NCBI GenBank assembly: GCA_965247455.1
Contig: CBDFHE010000016.1
Location: forward strand, 183,054-247,053
Length of the DNA: 64,000 nucleotides
Source: Candidatus Acidiferrales bacterium
GTDB lineage: Bacteria > Acidobacteriota > Terriglobia > Acidiferrales > 2-02-FULL-67-57
Direction of reading: 5' to 3'
Shown: piece by piece, positions 52,131 to 63,316 of the stretch
How positions within the stretch are numbered: position 1 is the stretch's first letter
Layout: the number at the start of each line of letters is the position of its first letter
Position numbers and translations under genes: made by a program
The notes under the pieces: model-generated
Database searches by the model: none
What the model was told of the DNA's origin: nothing
What the model saw: the letters and a program-made list of their open reading frames with translations, nothing else

Positions 52131-52321
52131 GTCCCGGTGGCAGGGGCCCTTCGGCTGTGCTCAGGACAGGCCACCGGGTTGGACGTGGGAGAGAGTGCCT
52201 GAGTCGAACCGCCGAAAAAGATTGATGTTCGTCCTTCTCGAATAGTGTCCAGCCCAGCGGCCCTTCAGGGCGAGCCTTCAGGACGAGCCCCAGCCTGCCT
52301 ACCGCAGGCAAGCCGCTGGGG
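52131..52321. repeat. composite REP-like repeat carrying three micro-inserts
   Basis: Paralog of 16095-16210; inserts at 52148-71, 52262-88 and 52295-313. Confidence 0.7.
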
Positions 52322-52339
52322 AGAACTCCCCATCTTTGG

Positions 52340-52464
52340 TAGTGTCTCAATTTCACACCGAGCCCCCAGGCCCCTGCCTGGGGGAAGCGAAAATCCCTGC
52401 GGCGGGAGCCGCAGGGCTCGGTGTGATTTGGGCCGAGTTCCGAATCGCTCAAATTAAGACACTA
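52340..52464. repeat. MITE-like element related to 11160-12012
   Basis: TIRs TAGTGTCTCAATTT / AAATTAAGACACTA; TCACACCGAGCC..GGCTCGGTGTGA stem enclosing two hairpins. Confidence 0.65.
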
Positions 52465-52481
52465 CCCCAACTTTGCTTACG

Positions 52482-52510
52482 TTGACACTGCCCAACACAT
52501 GTGCTAGCGT
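52482..52510 (+). promoter_or_regulatory. putative sigma70 promoter for pilT-recX-alaS
   Basis: TTGACA, 17-bp spacer, TAGCGT with extended TG. Confidence 0.5.
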
Positions 52511-52558
52511 CCGTCAGAATTGAAGCGGACGTGAGCAGAAGCCGATTGGTTAGTTACA

Positions 52559-53695
52559 ATGAACGTTGACGACCTGCTGCGTATAGCAGTTGAGCGCAAG
52601 GCCTCCGACCTGCATTTGAAGGTCGGCAACCACCCCTACCTGCGTATCGACGGGAGCCTCCACCCGTTGGCGGAACAGCCCCGCATCTCGCCCGAGGAAA
52701 TGCTGTCGATGGCCTTCAGCATGATGACCAACCGGCAAAAGCAGAAGTTCAAGGAAACAGCCGAACTTGACCTGTCGTACGGCGTGCCGGGGTTGGGACG
52801 TTTCCGCGTGAACATTTTCCAGCAGCGCGGCAACGTGGGCATGGTCTTGCGGGTCATCCCGACCAAAATCAAATCGATTGATGACCTGATGCTTCCGCCC
52901 ATAATCAACAAGATCTGCGAGGAAAAACGCGGGATCGTGCTGGTCACCGGAACCACCGGCAGCAGCAAGTCCACTACGCTGGCCGCCATGGTTGACCGGA
53001 TCAACTCCTCGCGCCCCGACCACATCATGACCATCGAAGACCCGATCGAGTTTCTGCACCGCGACAAAAAGGGGTTCGTCAACCAGCGTGAAGTGGAAGT
53101 TGACACCGCGAACTTTGCCACCGCGCTCCGCGCCGGGCTGCGCCAAGACCCGGACGTGATCCTGGTGGGCGAAATGCGCGACCTGGAAACCATCTCCACC
53201 GCTCTGCTGGCGGCAGAAACCGGCCATTTGGTCTTCTCCACTTTGCACACACTCGATGCCCCGGAAACTATCCAGCGCATCATCGCCGTCTTTCCGCCTC
53301 CCGAGCAGAAGCAGATTCGCATGCAGATGGCCAGCACTCTTCGAGCCATCGTTTCCCAGCGCTTGGTGGGCCGCGCGGACGGCAACGGGCGCGTGCCGGC
53401 GGTGGAAATGCTGATTTCTACCGCCTACATCCGCGACTGTGTTACCACCCCGGAGAAAACCCGCCTCATCCGCGACGCCATCGCCTCCGGCACTTCGCAG
53501 TACGGGATGCAGACCTTCGACCAATCACTCTACGACCTGCACAGCAAAGGCCTGATCACGTACGAAGAAGCGCTGCTGCACGCCACCAACGTGGACGACT
53601 TCAAGCTGCGCATAGCGGGCATCCATTCCTCCTCCGATGCTGCGCGCGAGGACATGCAGGAAGCGATCGGCGACTTGGAGCTCGACCAGAGGTAG
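52559..53695 (+). CDS. pilT: type IV pilus retraction ATPase PilT/PilU with altered Walker A
   Basis: ASDLHL, TIEDPIE, LRQDPDVILVGEMRD, GHLVFSTLH, GMQTFD; P-loop reads GTTGSSKST. Confidence 0.9.
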   Translation: MNVDDLLRIAVERKASDLHLKVGNHPYLRIDGSLHPLAEQPRISPEEMLSMAFSMMTNRQKQKFKETAELDLSYGVPGLGRFRVNIFQQRGNVGMVLRVIPTKIKSIDDLMLPPIINKICEEKRGIVLVTGTTGSSKSTTLAAMVDRINSSRPDHIMTIEDPIEFLHRDKKGFVNQREVEVDTANFATALRAGLRQDPDVILVGEMRDLETISTALLAAETGHLVFSTLHTLDAPETIQRIIAVFPPPEQKQIRMQMASTLRAIVSQRLVGRADGNGRVPAVEMLISTAYIRDCVTTPEKTRLIRDAIASGTSQYGMQTFDQSLYDLHSKGLITYEEALLHATNVDDFKLRIAGIHSSSDAAREDMQEAIGDLELDQR

Positions 53696-53698
53696 CGC

Positions 53699-54237
53699 AC
53701 GGCCCGACGTTCCCGACCCCGGCTCTCCGAAGACCAACTCCACACTTACGCCCTGCAGGCCCTGGCTCGCCGTCCCCACGCCACCAGCGAGCTGCGGACC
53801 AAGCTGGAAAAGCGCGCCGACGCTCCGGCCGACGTTGAGCGTGTGCTGGAGCGCCTGGCAGCGCGCGGCTGGCTCAACGACCGCCGCTTCGCCGGCGACT
53901 ATGCGCGCTCCCGCGCCCGCCACCGCCGCCTGGGGCGCTATCGCATCGCCCGCGAGCTTCGCCAAAAGGGCGTGGATAAAGAGTTGATCGAAGAGGCGCT
54001 GACCGCGGTCTTCCCCGCCCCGCACGATGAGGTGGAGCCTGTCCGTCAACGCATCGAGAAACGCTTGCGGCGGGAGCGACCGCCGTACACGCAAAGAGTG
54101 CTGCGTTCGCTGTATGACAGTTTGTTGCGGGCGGGTTTTTCGTCTGCGATAATACGGGACGAACTGTTTCGCCGCCCGGAATTCAGGCAGCGCGGCGCGG
54201 CCGGCAAAGAGTCTGTGCTGGAAGAAAACGGAGACGA

Positions 54238-54241
<4 letters not shown>
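53699..54241 (+). CDS. recX: regulatory protein RecX; apparent start codon is ACG
   Basis: ALQALARRPHATSELRTKL...WLNDRRFA...ELRQKGV...LLRAGF; frame is open from the pilT stop. Confidence 0.8.
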
Positions 54242-56928
<2,687 letters not shown>

Positions 56929-57060
56929 CAGGGCGCACCTGTGAGTTATATTCTCTGTATGCCGGAAACGTTCTTGTATGTGTGGATGGTTCGCAACACG
57001 CACGCGGACCCCGAGACTCCTCCCCAAACAAAACAGGTGTTGCAGCATTTTGCATGGAAG

Positions 57061-57710
57061 ATGGCAGCGATTGTGATTGCCGCGGTTGTGAGCTTGGCGG
57101 CTCCGTCGAGTGCCGAGGAAATCGTTGCGGTGGTGGACCGTGCGGGCCGGCACGTTTTTGTCAACATGGAGGACACGGAGTTGCGTTTGGCGGTCGAGCG
57201 CGGAGGCGCGCAGGCAGCGGGGCGACCGATTGAAAAGCGTAAGCAGGCACTGCCCGGCATTGACCGGCACATCGAAAACGTGGCCCGCCGCCACGCGCTT
57301 GACCCCGAGCTGGTGCGCGCTGTAATTCAGGTCGAGTCGGCGTGGAATCCCCGCGCCCGCTCGCGCAAAGGGGCGCTGGGCTTGATGCAGCTCATGCCCG
57401 CCACCGGGGCCCGCTACGGCGTGCGTGACCCGTTCGATCCCCGCGAAAACATTTCCGGCGGCACGCGACACTTGCGCTTTCTGCTGAATCGGTTCGGCGG
57501 CGACAGGCGCCTTGCGCTGGCGGCCTACAACGCCGGCGAAAACGCGGTGGAAGCCAACCGGGGCGTGCCTCCCTACCGGGAGACTCGTCTCTATCTCGAA
57601 CGGGTGGAGACGATCTACGGAAAACTGCGAGCAGGCCCCGCATTCCGCGCATCGGACGCATCTACAAGCTAGTGGACCAGAACGGCCGCACGGTATTCGT
57701 GAACGATTGA
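57061..57710 (+). CDS. lytic transglycosylase (SLT), probable frameshift near the C-terminus
   Basis: VES, GALGLMQL, AAYNAG; tail IYKLVDQNGRTVFVND (echoing the N-terminal VDRAGRHVFVN) is in a shifted frame near 57650; unshifted stop at 57672. Confidence 0.8.
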
Positions 57711-57732
57711 ACGGAGCGAACTAAGGCTGAGA

Positions 57733-59532
57733 ATGACGGCATTTTTTGGGCAGAGCCAAACGGGGAAGCACCGAGCCAGGCGCGTACTGGGGGCGCTGGT
57801 TGCGGCCTTGCTGCTCTTCTCTCTCGTCGCACCGGTGCACTCTGCCAGCCGCCGCACACGCCTCCGCCTGGGCAAGCAACAACTGGTCAAAGCTAAGCGC
57901 CTGCACGCCAACCTGAATGGCACCCCCAAAAAGAATCGAAGGGAAGAGGACTACCTCAACGCCACCCGCCGCTACCGCCGGGTGTACGATCTTGCGCCCT
58001 TCAGCAGCATCGCCGCCGATGCCCTGGCTGCGAGGGCCGAGTTGTACCACGACATGGGAGCGCAGTTCGGCCGCAAGTATTGGGTCAAGACCATCGAGGA
58101 ATACCGGTTCCTGCGGCGTGAATATCCCTACAGCCGCTATCGGGATAGCGCGCTTTTCAACATCGCCCAAGTCCAGCACATTCACCTGAAAGACTGGAAA
58201 GCGGCCCTGGCGAGCTACCAGGCGGTGCGCAAGGCCTACCCGCGCTCCCGCTATGCCGCCAAGGCCCGGACCGCCATCCAACAAATCAGCAAAGAGCGGG
58301 CCGCCGTCCGCAAACCCAAGCGCGCTCCGCCAAGCCACCGCGTGCAAGTACGCAACATTCGCTATTGGAATACCAAGGACTACACGCGCGTGGTGGTGGA
58401 CCTGGACGAAAAGGTGCGCTTCCAGGACGCGCGCCTCACCAACCCCGACCGTATCTTCTTCGATCTCTTCAACAGCGAACTCAGCCCCGTTCTCAGCGGC
58501 AAGACGTTCACCATGGAGGAAGGGCTGCTGAAGCGTCTTCGGGTGGCAGAAAACCGTTCCGGAGTCACGCGGGTGGTGTTGGAAGTCAAGAATGCGCAGG
58601 ATTATTCGGTCTTTACTCTGCCCAATCCGTTCCGGTTGGTGGTGGACATCCGTGCTCCGAATGCAAGCACGACTGCGAAGAAAAGCCGCAAACCGAGCTC
58701 CGCTCCCGCAGGGGGCAAGACCCAGGTGGCAGGTGGCGTCCCGCCGCAGCCAGTGTCTCCCCCCAAGCCCACCCGGGACGGCAACCTGACCAACATTCGG
58801 GCTTTGGGGTTGAAGATGCGCCGCATCGCCATCGACCCGGGCCACGGCGGGTATGACACCGGCACGGTCGGCGCCACCGGCTTGATGGAAAAGGACCTGG
58901 TGTTGGACGTGGCACAACGGCTGGGGCGGATGCTGCAAAAGCAACTGGGCGCAGAGGTCGTCTACACCCGCGAGGACGACACGTATGTGCCGTTGGAAAA
59001 CCGCATTGCGCTGGCCAATGAAAAGCAGGTGGACCTGTTCATTTCCATCCACGCCAACTCGAGCCGCAACCGTGGCGTGCGGGGCGTGGAAACTTTCTAT
59101 CTGAACTTTACCAGTGACCCAGCGGTGCTGGAGCTGGCGTCGCGGGAAAACGCCTTGTCGCAAAAATCCGTACACGAACTGCAAGATTTGGTGCGACAGA
59201 TCACTCGCAACGAAAAGATTTCTGAGTCGCGCGAACTGGCGCGCGAGATTCAGCGCCACCTACACGGCCAATTGCGGAAATCCTCCCGCCGCATCATAAA
59301 CCGTGGCGTCAAGCGGGCCCCCTTCGTGGTGCTGATTGGGGGCAACATGCCTTCTGTGCTGACGGAGATCGCGTTCCTCAGCAACCGAACCGACGAAAAG
59401 AGTCTCAAATCCGCAGCGGGCCGCCAGAAAGTGGCTGAGGGGCTTTACGCCGGAGTGTCCCAATACATGGAGAACCTGAACAGCATCGTGATGCTGCCGA
59501 ATGGCCAGAAGTCGGCTGCCAATCCTAAATAG
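57733..59532 (+). CDS. N-acetylmuramoyl-L-alanine amidase with TPR and AMIN domains
   Basis: IDPGHGG, EKD, ISIHAN, EIAFLSN; TRVV and PFRLVVD AMIN motifs. Confidence 0.92.
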   Translation: MTAFFGQSQTGKHRARRVLGALVAALLLFSLVAPVHSASRRTRLRLGKQQLVKAKRLHANLNGTPKKNRREEDYLNATRRYRRVYDLAPFSSIAADALAARAELYHDMGAQFGRKYWVKTIEEYRFLRREYPYSRYRDSALFNIAQVQHIHLKDWKAALASYQAVRKAYPRSRYAAKARTAIQQISKERAAVRKPKRAPPSHRVQVRNIRYWNTKDYTRVVVDLDEKVRFQDARLTNPDRIFFDLFNSELSPVLSGKTFTMEEGLLKRLRVAENRSGVTRVVLEVKNAQDYSVFTLPNPFRLVVDIRAPNASTTAKKSRKPSSAPAGGKTQVAGGVPPQPVSPPKPTRDGNLTNIRALGLKMRRIAIDPGHGGYDTGTVGATGLMEKDLVLDVAQRLGRMLQKQLGAEVVYTREDDTYVPLENRIALANEKQVDLFISIHANSSRNRGVRGVETFYLNFTSDPAVLELASRENALSQKSVHELQDLVRQITRNEKISESRELAREIQRHLHGQLRKSSRRIINRGVKRAPFVVLIGGNMPSVLTEIAFLSNRTDEKSLKSAAGRQKVAEGLYAGVSQYMENLNSIVMLPNGQKSAANPK

Positions 59533-59597
59533 CTGCTCTTTCCTTCTCTGTCCTGTCTGTACTACCATTTGGTCGGAGTGATTCAAAGGCGTTGTCT

Positions 59598-60668
59598 ATG
59601 AAGATGGCTCCAATTCTGCCGCTGCTTTTTCTGCTCAGTGCTGCTGTGCTGAGTGCGTCCGACGGCGACGATCTGTTGCCATCGGAATTGAACGGTTGGC
59701 AACGCGATTCCTATCAGCGGGTCAATGCCGTCGAGCTGGCTGTGGTGTCCGGCGATGAGGCCGCGCTGCTGCTCGAGTACGGCAGCCAGCGTGCCGAGAG
59801 CGCCCGCTACCGGCGCGACACAGCGGCTTGGCAACTGGTGGTACACCACATGCTGGATCGCAGCAGCGCCTACGGGGTCTTCACGTTGCTCCGCGCGGGC
59901 GGCACGCCGTTGCCGTTGGGAGAAGCGGCTGCGCACGTGGGCGACCGGATTGTTTTCTATCAAGGCAACTACTTCGTCGTGGCCGACGCCACGGCCCGCC
60001 GGCCCGCCTTGGCTGCTCTGGCGCGCCACCTGGAAGCACAGGCGGGCCGCCAGCCTGCCCTGCCCAACCTGCCTTACTATCTCCCGCAGACCGGGTTTGT
60101 GCCCGGAACGGACTACTATCTGCTTGGTCCGCTGGCCCTGGCGCGTGTGGCGCCTTTTGGCCCTGGAGATTGGGGAGGCTTTGCGTACGGGGCCGAGGCT
60201 GAAAGCGCTCGCTATCGGCTGAAAGGCGGTGAAGCCACGCTGGTGTTATTTAGCTATCCTACCCCCCAGATCGCTTCCGAACGCCTGCGTGATTTCCAGC
60301 GCCTGTTCGACTTTAACGGCGAGGGTGACCCGGCTCGTCCGCGGGCTTTTGGCAGGCGAACGGGGACTTTTGTAGCTTTTGTCGGCGGCCCGCTTTCCCC
60401 GGCAGCGGCGAATGGGTTGCTCGATCAAGTGCGCTACGAAAGGCACCTGTCCTGGAGCCGCCCCGGGAAGTCTCGCGTAGCGGAAGATTGGGCTGAGACC
60501 GTCGTAAGTCTTTTTATTGGAGCAGGTTTGTTCATCCTTTTAACCCTGGCCCTCGCTCTGGCTTTTGCGGTTTTTCGGATGCTTGTCGAGCGACTGTGGC
60601 CAGGGAAGGTTTTCGGCCGGAGAGACGCGGCTGAGATTATTCGTCTTGACCTCGATCGGGACAGATAA
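59598..60668 (+). CDS. secreted/membrane-anchored hypothetical protein (DUF6599-like)
   Basis: Signal peptide; EYG, AYGVFT, YPTPQIA; C-terminal TM helix. Confidence 0.7.
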   Translation: MKMAPILPLLFLLSAAVLSASDGDDLLPSELNGWQRDSYQRVNAVELAVVSGDEAALLLEYGSQRAESARYRRDTAAWQLVVHHMLDRSSAYGVFTLLRAGGTPLPLGEAAAHVGDRIVFYQGNYFVVADATARRPALAALARHLEAQAGRQPALPNLPYYLPQTGFVPGTDYYLLGPLALARVAPFGPGDWGGFAYGAEAESARYRLKGGEATLVLFSYPTPQIASERLRDFQRLFDFNGEGDPARPRAFGRRTGTFVAFVGGPLSPAAANGLLDQVRYERHLSWSRPGKSRVAEDWAETVVSLFIGAGLFILLTLALALAFAVFRMLVERLWPGKVFGRRDAAEIIRLDLDRDR

Positions 60669-60780
60669 CTCTCTGATACGTAAGAAGTTACTAATAAAGC
60701 CCGCCAGAACGCCTCCGAAACCCCTAATCTTATGAAAACAAATGGCTAGCGTTCTTTTCGCCTTTCGCAAACGTTTCCCC

Positions 60781-60809
60781 TTGACACCACCGTTCCCCCT
60801 TCCTAGACT
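60781..60809 (+). promoter_or_regulatory. near-consensus sigma70 promoter
   Basis: TTGACA, 17-bp spacer, TAGACT. Confidence 0.65.
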
Positions 60810-60815
60810 TGGCCC

Positions 60816-60900
60816 CCTCAAAGCGGTAGGCCCAACCGCGCACTGGGCCGTACCTGCTTTCCCCAAGAGCTCCCCGGGTTCGGGGGGCTCTTGGTCTTTC
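60816..60900 (+). ncRNA. candidate small structured RNA (possibly Acido-Lenti-1-like)
   Basis: AAAGCGGTA-GGCCCA..TGGGCC-G-TACC-T-GCTTT hairpin between a promoter and a terminator; no ORF. Confidence 0.5.
60863..60900 (+). terminator. intrinsic terminator
   Basis: CCAAGAGCTCCCCG-GGTT-CGGGGGGCTCTTGG followed by TCTTTCT. Confidence 0.6.
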
Positions 60901-60944
60901 TAGGGTTTGACTCGAGGCTTTGTGGCGTGCTACTTAGAAGACAG

Positions 60945-61019
60945 GCCGGCGTAGCTCAGCGGTAGAGCAGCCGATTCGTAATCGGCAGGTCGTCAGTTCA
61001 ATTCTGACCGCCGGCTCCA
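60945..61019 (+). tRNA. tRNA-Thr(CGT)
   Basis: GCCGGCG acceptor; GCCGA-TTCGTAA-TCGGC anticodon arm; GTTCAATT T-loop; encoded CCA. Confidence 0.95.
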
Positions 61020-61039
61020 ACTCTTTCTTCCCTAGAGAC

Positions 61040-61245
61040 TTGTTGTTCTTCACTCGCTGAGCGCGGAACTTTACGAAACAAAAACTGTTCCAAATGCTCC
61101 ATCGCAGCGCGCTCAACCTCAGGCATTGAGTGTGTATACACGGCCAACGTAGTTTTGATGTCGGAGTGACCGAGGATCGCTTGCGCGGTCTTTGGCGACT
61201 CACCGATCATCCCTAACCAGGTCGCAAAGGCGTGCCGCACAAGTC
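61040..61245 (-). pseudogene. tyrosine integrase C-terminal remnant
   Basis: RHAFATWL...LGHSDIKTTLAVYTH, pointing toward the tRNA 3' end. Confidence 0.8.
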
Positions 61246-61506
61246 GTGCTAACCGACGCGCCGAATGCCCACGGCCCTTGACAGCGGCCCCAGGTCTGTG
61301 TCCATTACATCTGTTCTCGCTACTGTGGCCTCGGAGCGGTGCTCCGCAGGCCGGAAGGTAGGTGAACGGAGAAAAGTGATGACGCACCGACTCCCACCTA
61401 ATTTCCGCACCAGTAGCGTTTACTCTCGTGCCCGCTTTTCGGGCTTGTCGCCTTCCCGTAGGGGGCATCGTCCAAAAAATCGGCACAACTTAAGGAGGAA
61501 ACGCTA

Positions 61507-62667
61507 ATGCCGAACATCTACACCATTAGGTACAACACTCTTCGGAACGTAACCCCACCTGAGGAAGAAGCGGTGGGGCGCAGGCGGTACTGTGGCAATG
61601 CTCAATCCGATCAATTCCTTGAAATCCCTGATAGCTTGAACATCCGGGAATACCTCCAAGAAGAGGTAAATGGGAAGCCGATCAAGAAGCGCACTCAGGT
61701 GAATGACACCATTAGGGACCAACTCGACCAAGACCGTTCGCTTTTTCCGGTCCTCAATGGCGGAATCGCCTTAATCGCAAAGGACGTGGCCGTAGAGGAT
61801 AAAAACCGTAGGGTTAGGCTCCATGACCCTTCGATCATCAATGGCACGCAAACCCGGGGTGTGTTGCGCGACTTCTTCAAAGCCCACCCCGAGGATGGAG
61901 CCTTCCCCAGCATCAACTTCGAGATCATCATCTGCGACGATGATCGTCTTGCCGCAGAAATCACAATCGCCCGCAACTACCAAAATGCTGTCCTTCCTGT
62001 GTCCACCTACGGCGCCCGCGGCTATTTCAAGGATCTCGAAGCGGCGATGAAGAAGCGTGATCCTTCGATCAAGCTGCGGACGTCTGAGACCGATGTCGGG
62101 CCTGAGTACATGGACACGGAAAAGCTCATCCAGGTTGTTACTGCGATGATTCCTGCGACAGTCACGATGCCACGGGAGGCGAAAGGCGAGGCAGGCAGCC
62201 ACGGGATCAGGGTGTACGCCTATTCCCAAAAGGCGACCTGCCTGAAAGACTTCGCCGAGATTGTCAACAGTCCAAGTAAGTACGCAGACGCAAAGCGGTT
62301 CTTTGAGGATGTCGCATGCGATGCCTGGAACATTTTCAAAGAACTGCGGTCCTACCAGGGCTTTTCCATCATCCACGCGGTTACCAAGAACAAGTCCAAG
62401 CAAGTAGCACAAGACGGAGTTCCGACCGGGATTGTCTTTCCGATTCTGTCCGCGCTTGGAAAATTGGCTACACAGCATCGGAATGGCCACTGGTCGTTCA
62501 AGCTGCCGAAGGACTTCGACCTGGACGACCTCTGCAAACAGGCCAAGATCACATACACCTATCCTGGGCCCGGCAGGTCTAACCCCCAGGCAATGGGAAA
62601 GGAACTCGCCTGCTACCTAAACTTGAATGCGATCGTTGATGCCTACTTGAAGTACCGGAGGCCGTAG
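61507..62667 (+). CDS. AIPR-family protein
   Basis: TAAGGAGG RBS; FPVLNGGIAL, SIINGTQT and IARNYQNAV resemble the AIPR NNG / NGxQT / NxQN motifs. Confidence 0.78.
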   Translation: MPNIYTIRYNTLRNVTPPEEEAVGRRRYCGNAQSDQFLEIPDSLNIREYLQEEVNGKPIKKRTQVNDTIRDQLDQDRSLFPVLNGGIALIAKDVAVEDKNRRVRLHDPSIINGTQTRGVLRDFFKAHPEDGAFPSINFEIIICDDDRLAAEITIARNYQNAVLPVSTYGARGYFKDLEAAMKKRDPSIKLRTSETDVGPEYMDTEKLIQVVTAMIPATVTMPREAKGEAGSHGIRVYAYSQKATCLKDFAEIVNSPSKYADAKRFFEDVACDAWNIFKELRSYQGFSIIHAVTKNKSKQVAQDGVPTGIVFPILSALGKLATQHRNGHWSFKLPKDFDLDDLCKQAKITYTYPGPGRSNPQAMGKELACYLNLNAIVDAYLKYRRP

Positions 62668-62784
62668 TACAATTGCGCCTCTATCATCTGGTGAGGGATG
62701 GCCTCCGGCAGCCGGGTCTAGTTTTCCTCCGCCGGAGGCAACTCCGAAGGTGAGTGTCTGTGCACCAGCCTCCCGTGCGCGCGG

Positions 62785-62985
62785 CTAGAACGGGATGCTT
62801 ATGCCGATGCCGATGCGAATGCGTCCCCGGCGGTGGTGACCACCGTGACCATGGCCGTAGCCATGGCCGTAACCGTAACCGTGGCCATAACCATGGCCGT
62901 AGCCGTGGCCGCGAGAATGGCCATAACCGTAGGCGTAGCCACGGGCCCGGCGATGGCGGCGATAAACGTCGTTGAGAGCGTCCAA
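62785..62985 (-). other. Gly/His/Tyr hexamer-repeat reading frame (small ORF or gene fragment)
   Basis: GHGYGHGYGHGYGYGHGYGHGHGG followed by IRIGIGISIPF and stop. Confidence 0.4.
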
Positions 62986-63316
62986 GGAATGATTCTCAAG
63001 GAAGAGTGGGCTGCCGCGATGGGAATGTTCCCCTTGCTCTGGTACTCATCAGTTCTGGGATTAGCTTAGTTGAGTTCATACTGGCCACGGTGCTGGGGGC
63101 TTAGCTCTACAAGGAGGCATAGCAGCCAACTCCTCCGCCGCAACCTCCCACAGTAGCTCCTTCACGTTGACTTGCCTGCGGGTGGGGGCTCCGTCTGAGG
63201 CTCGACTTTGCGATACGTCCCGTTGCTGTCCTGGATCAGTCGGTGGGCCGCGCCCTTCGACATCTCGGGGCAAGCTGCCGGGCTAAACGCGCGCGTGCCT
63301 GAGGGGAAATACTCCG

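Noticed and set aside
62830-62945. CRISPR-like or VNTR array
   Set aside because: Degenerate coding hexamers without a repeat-spacer structure; no cas genes or arrays seen in the window
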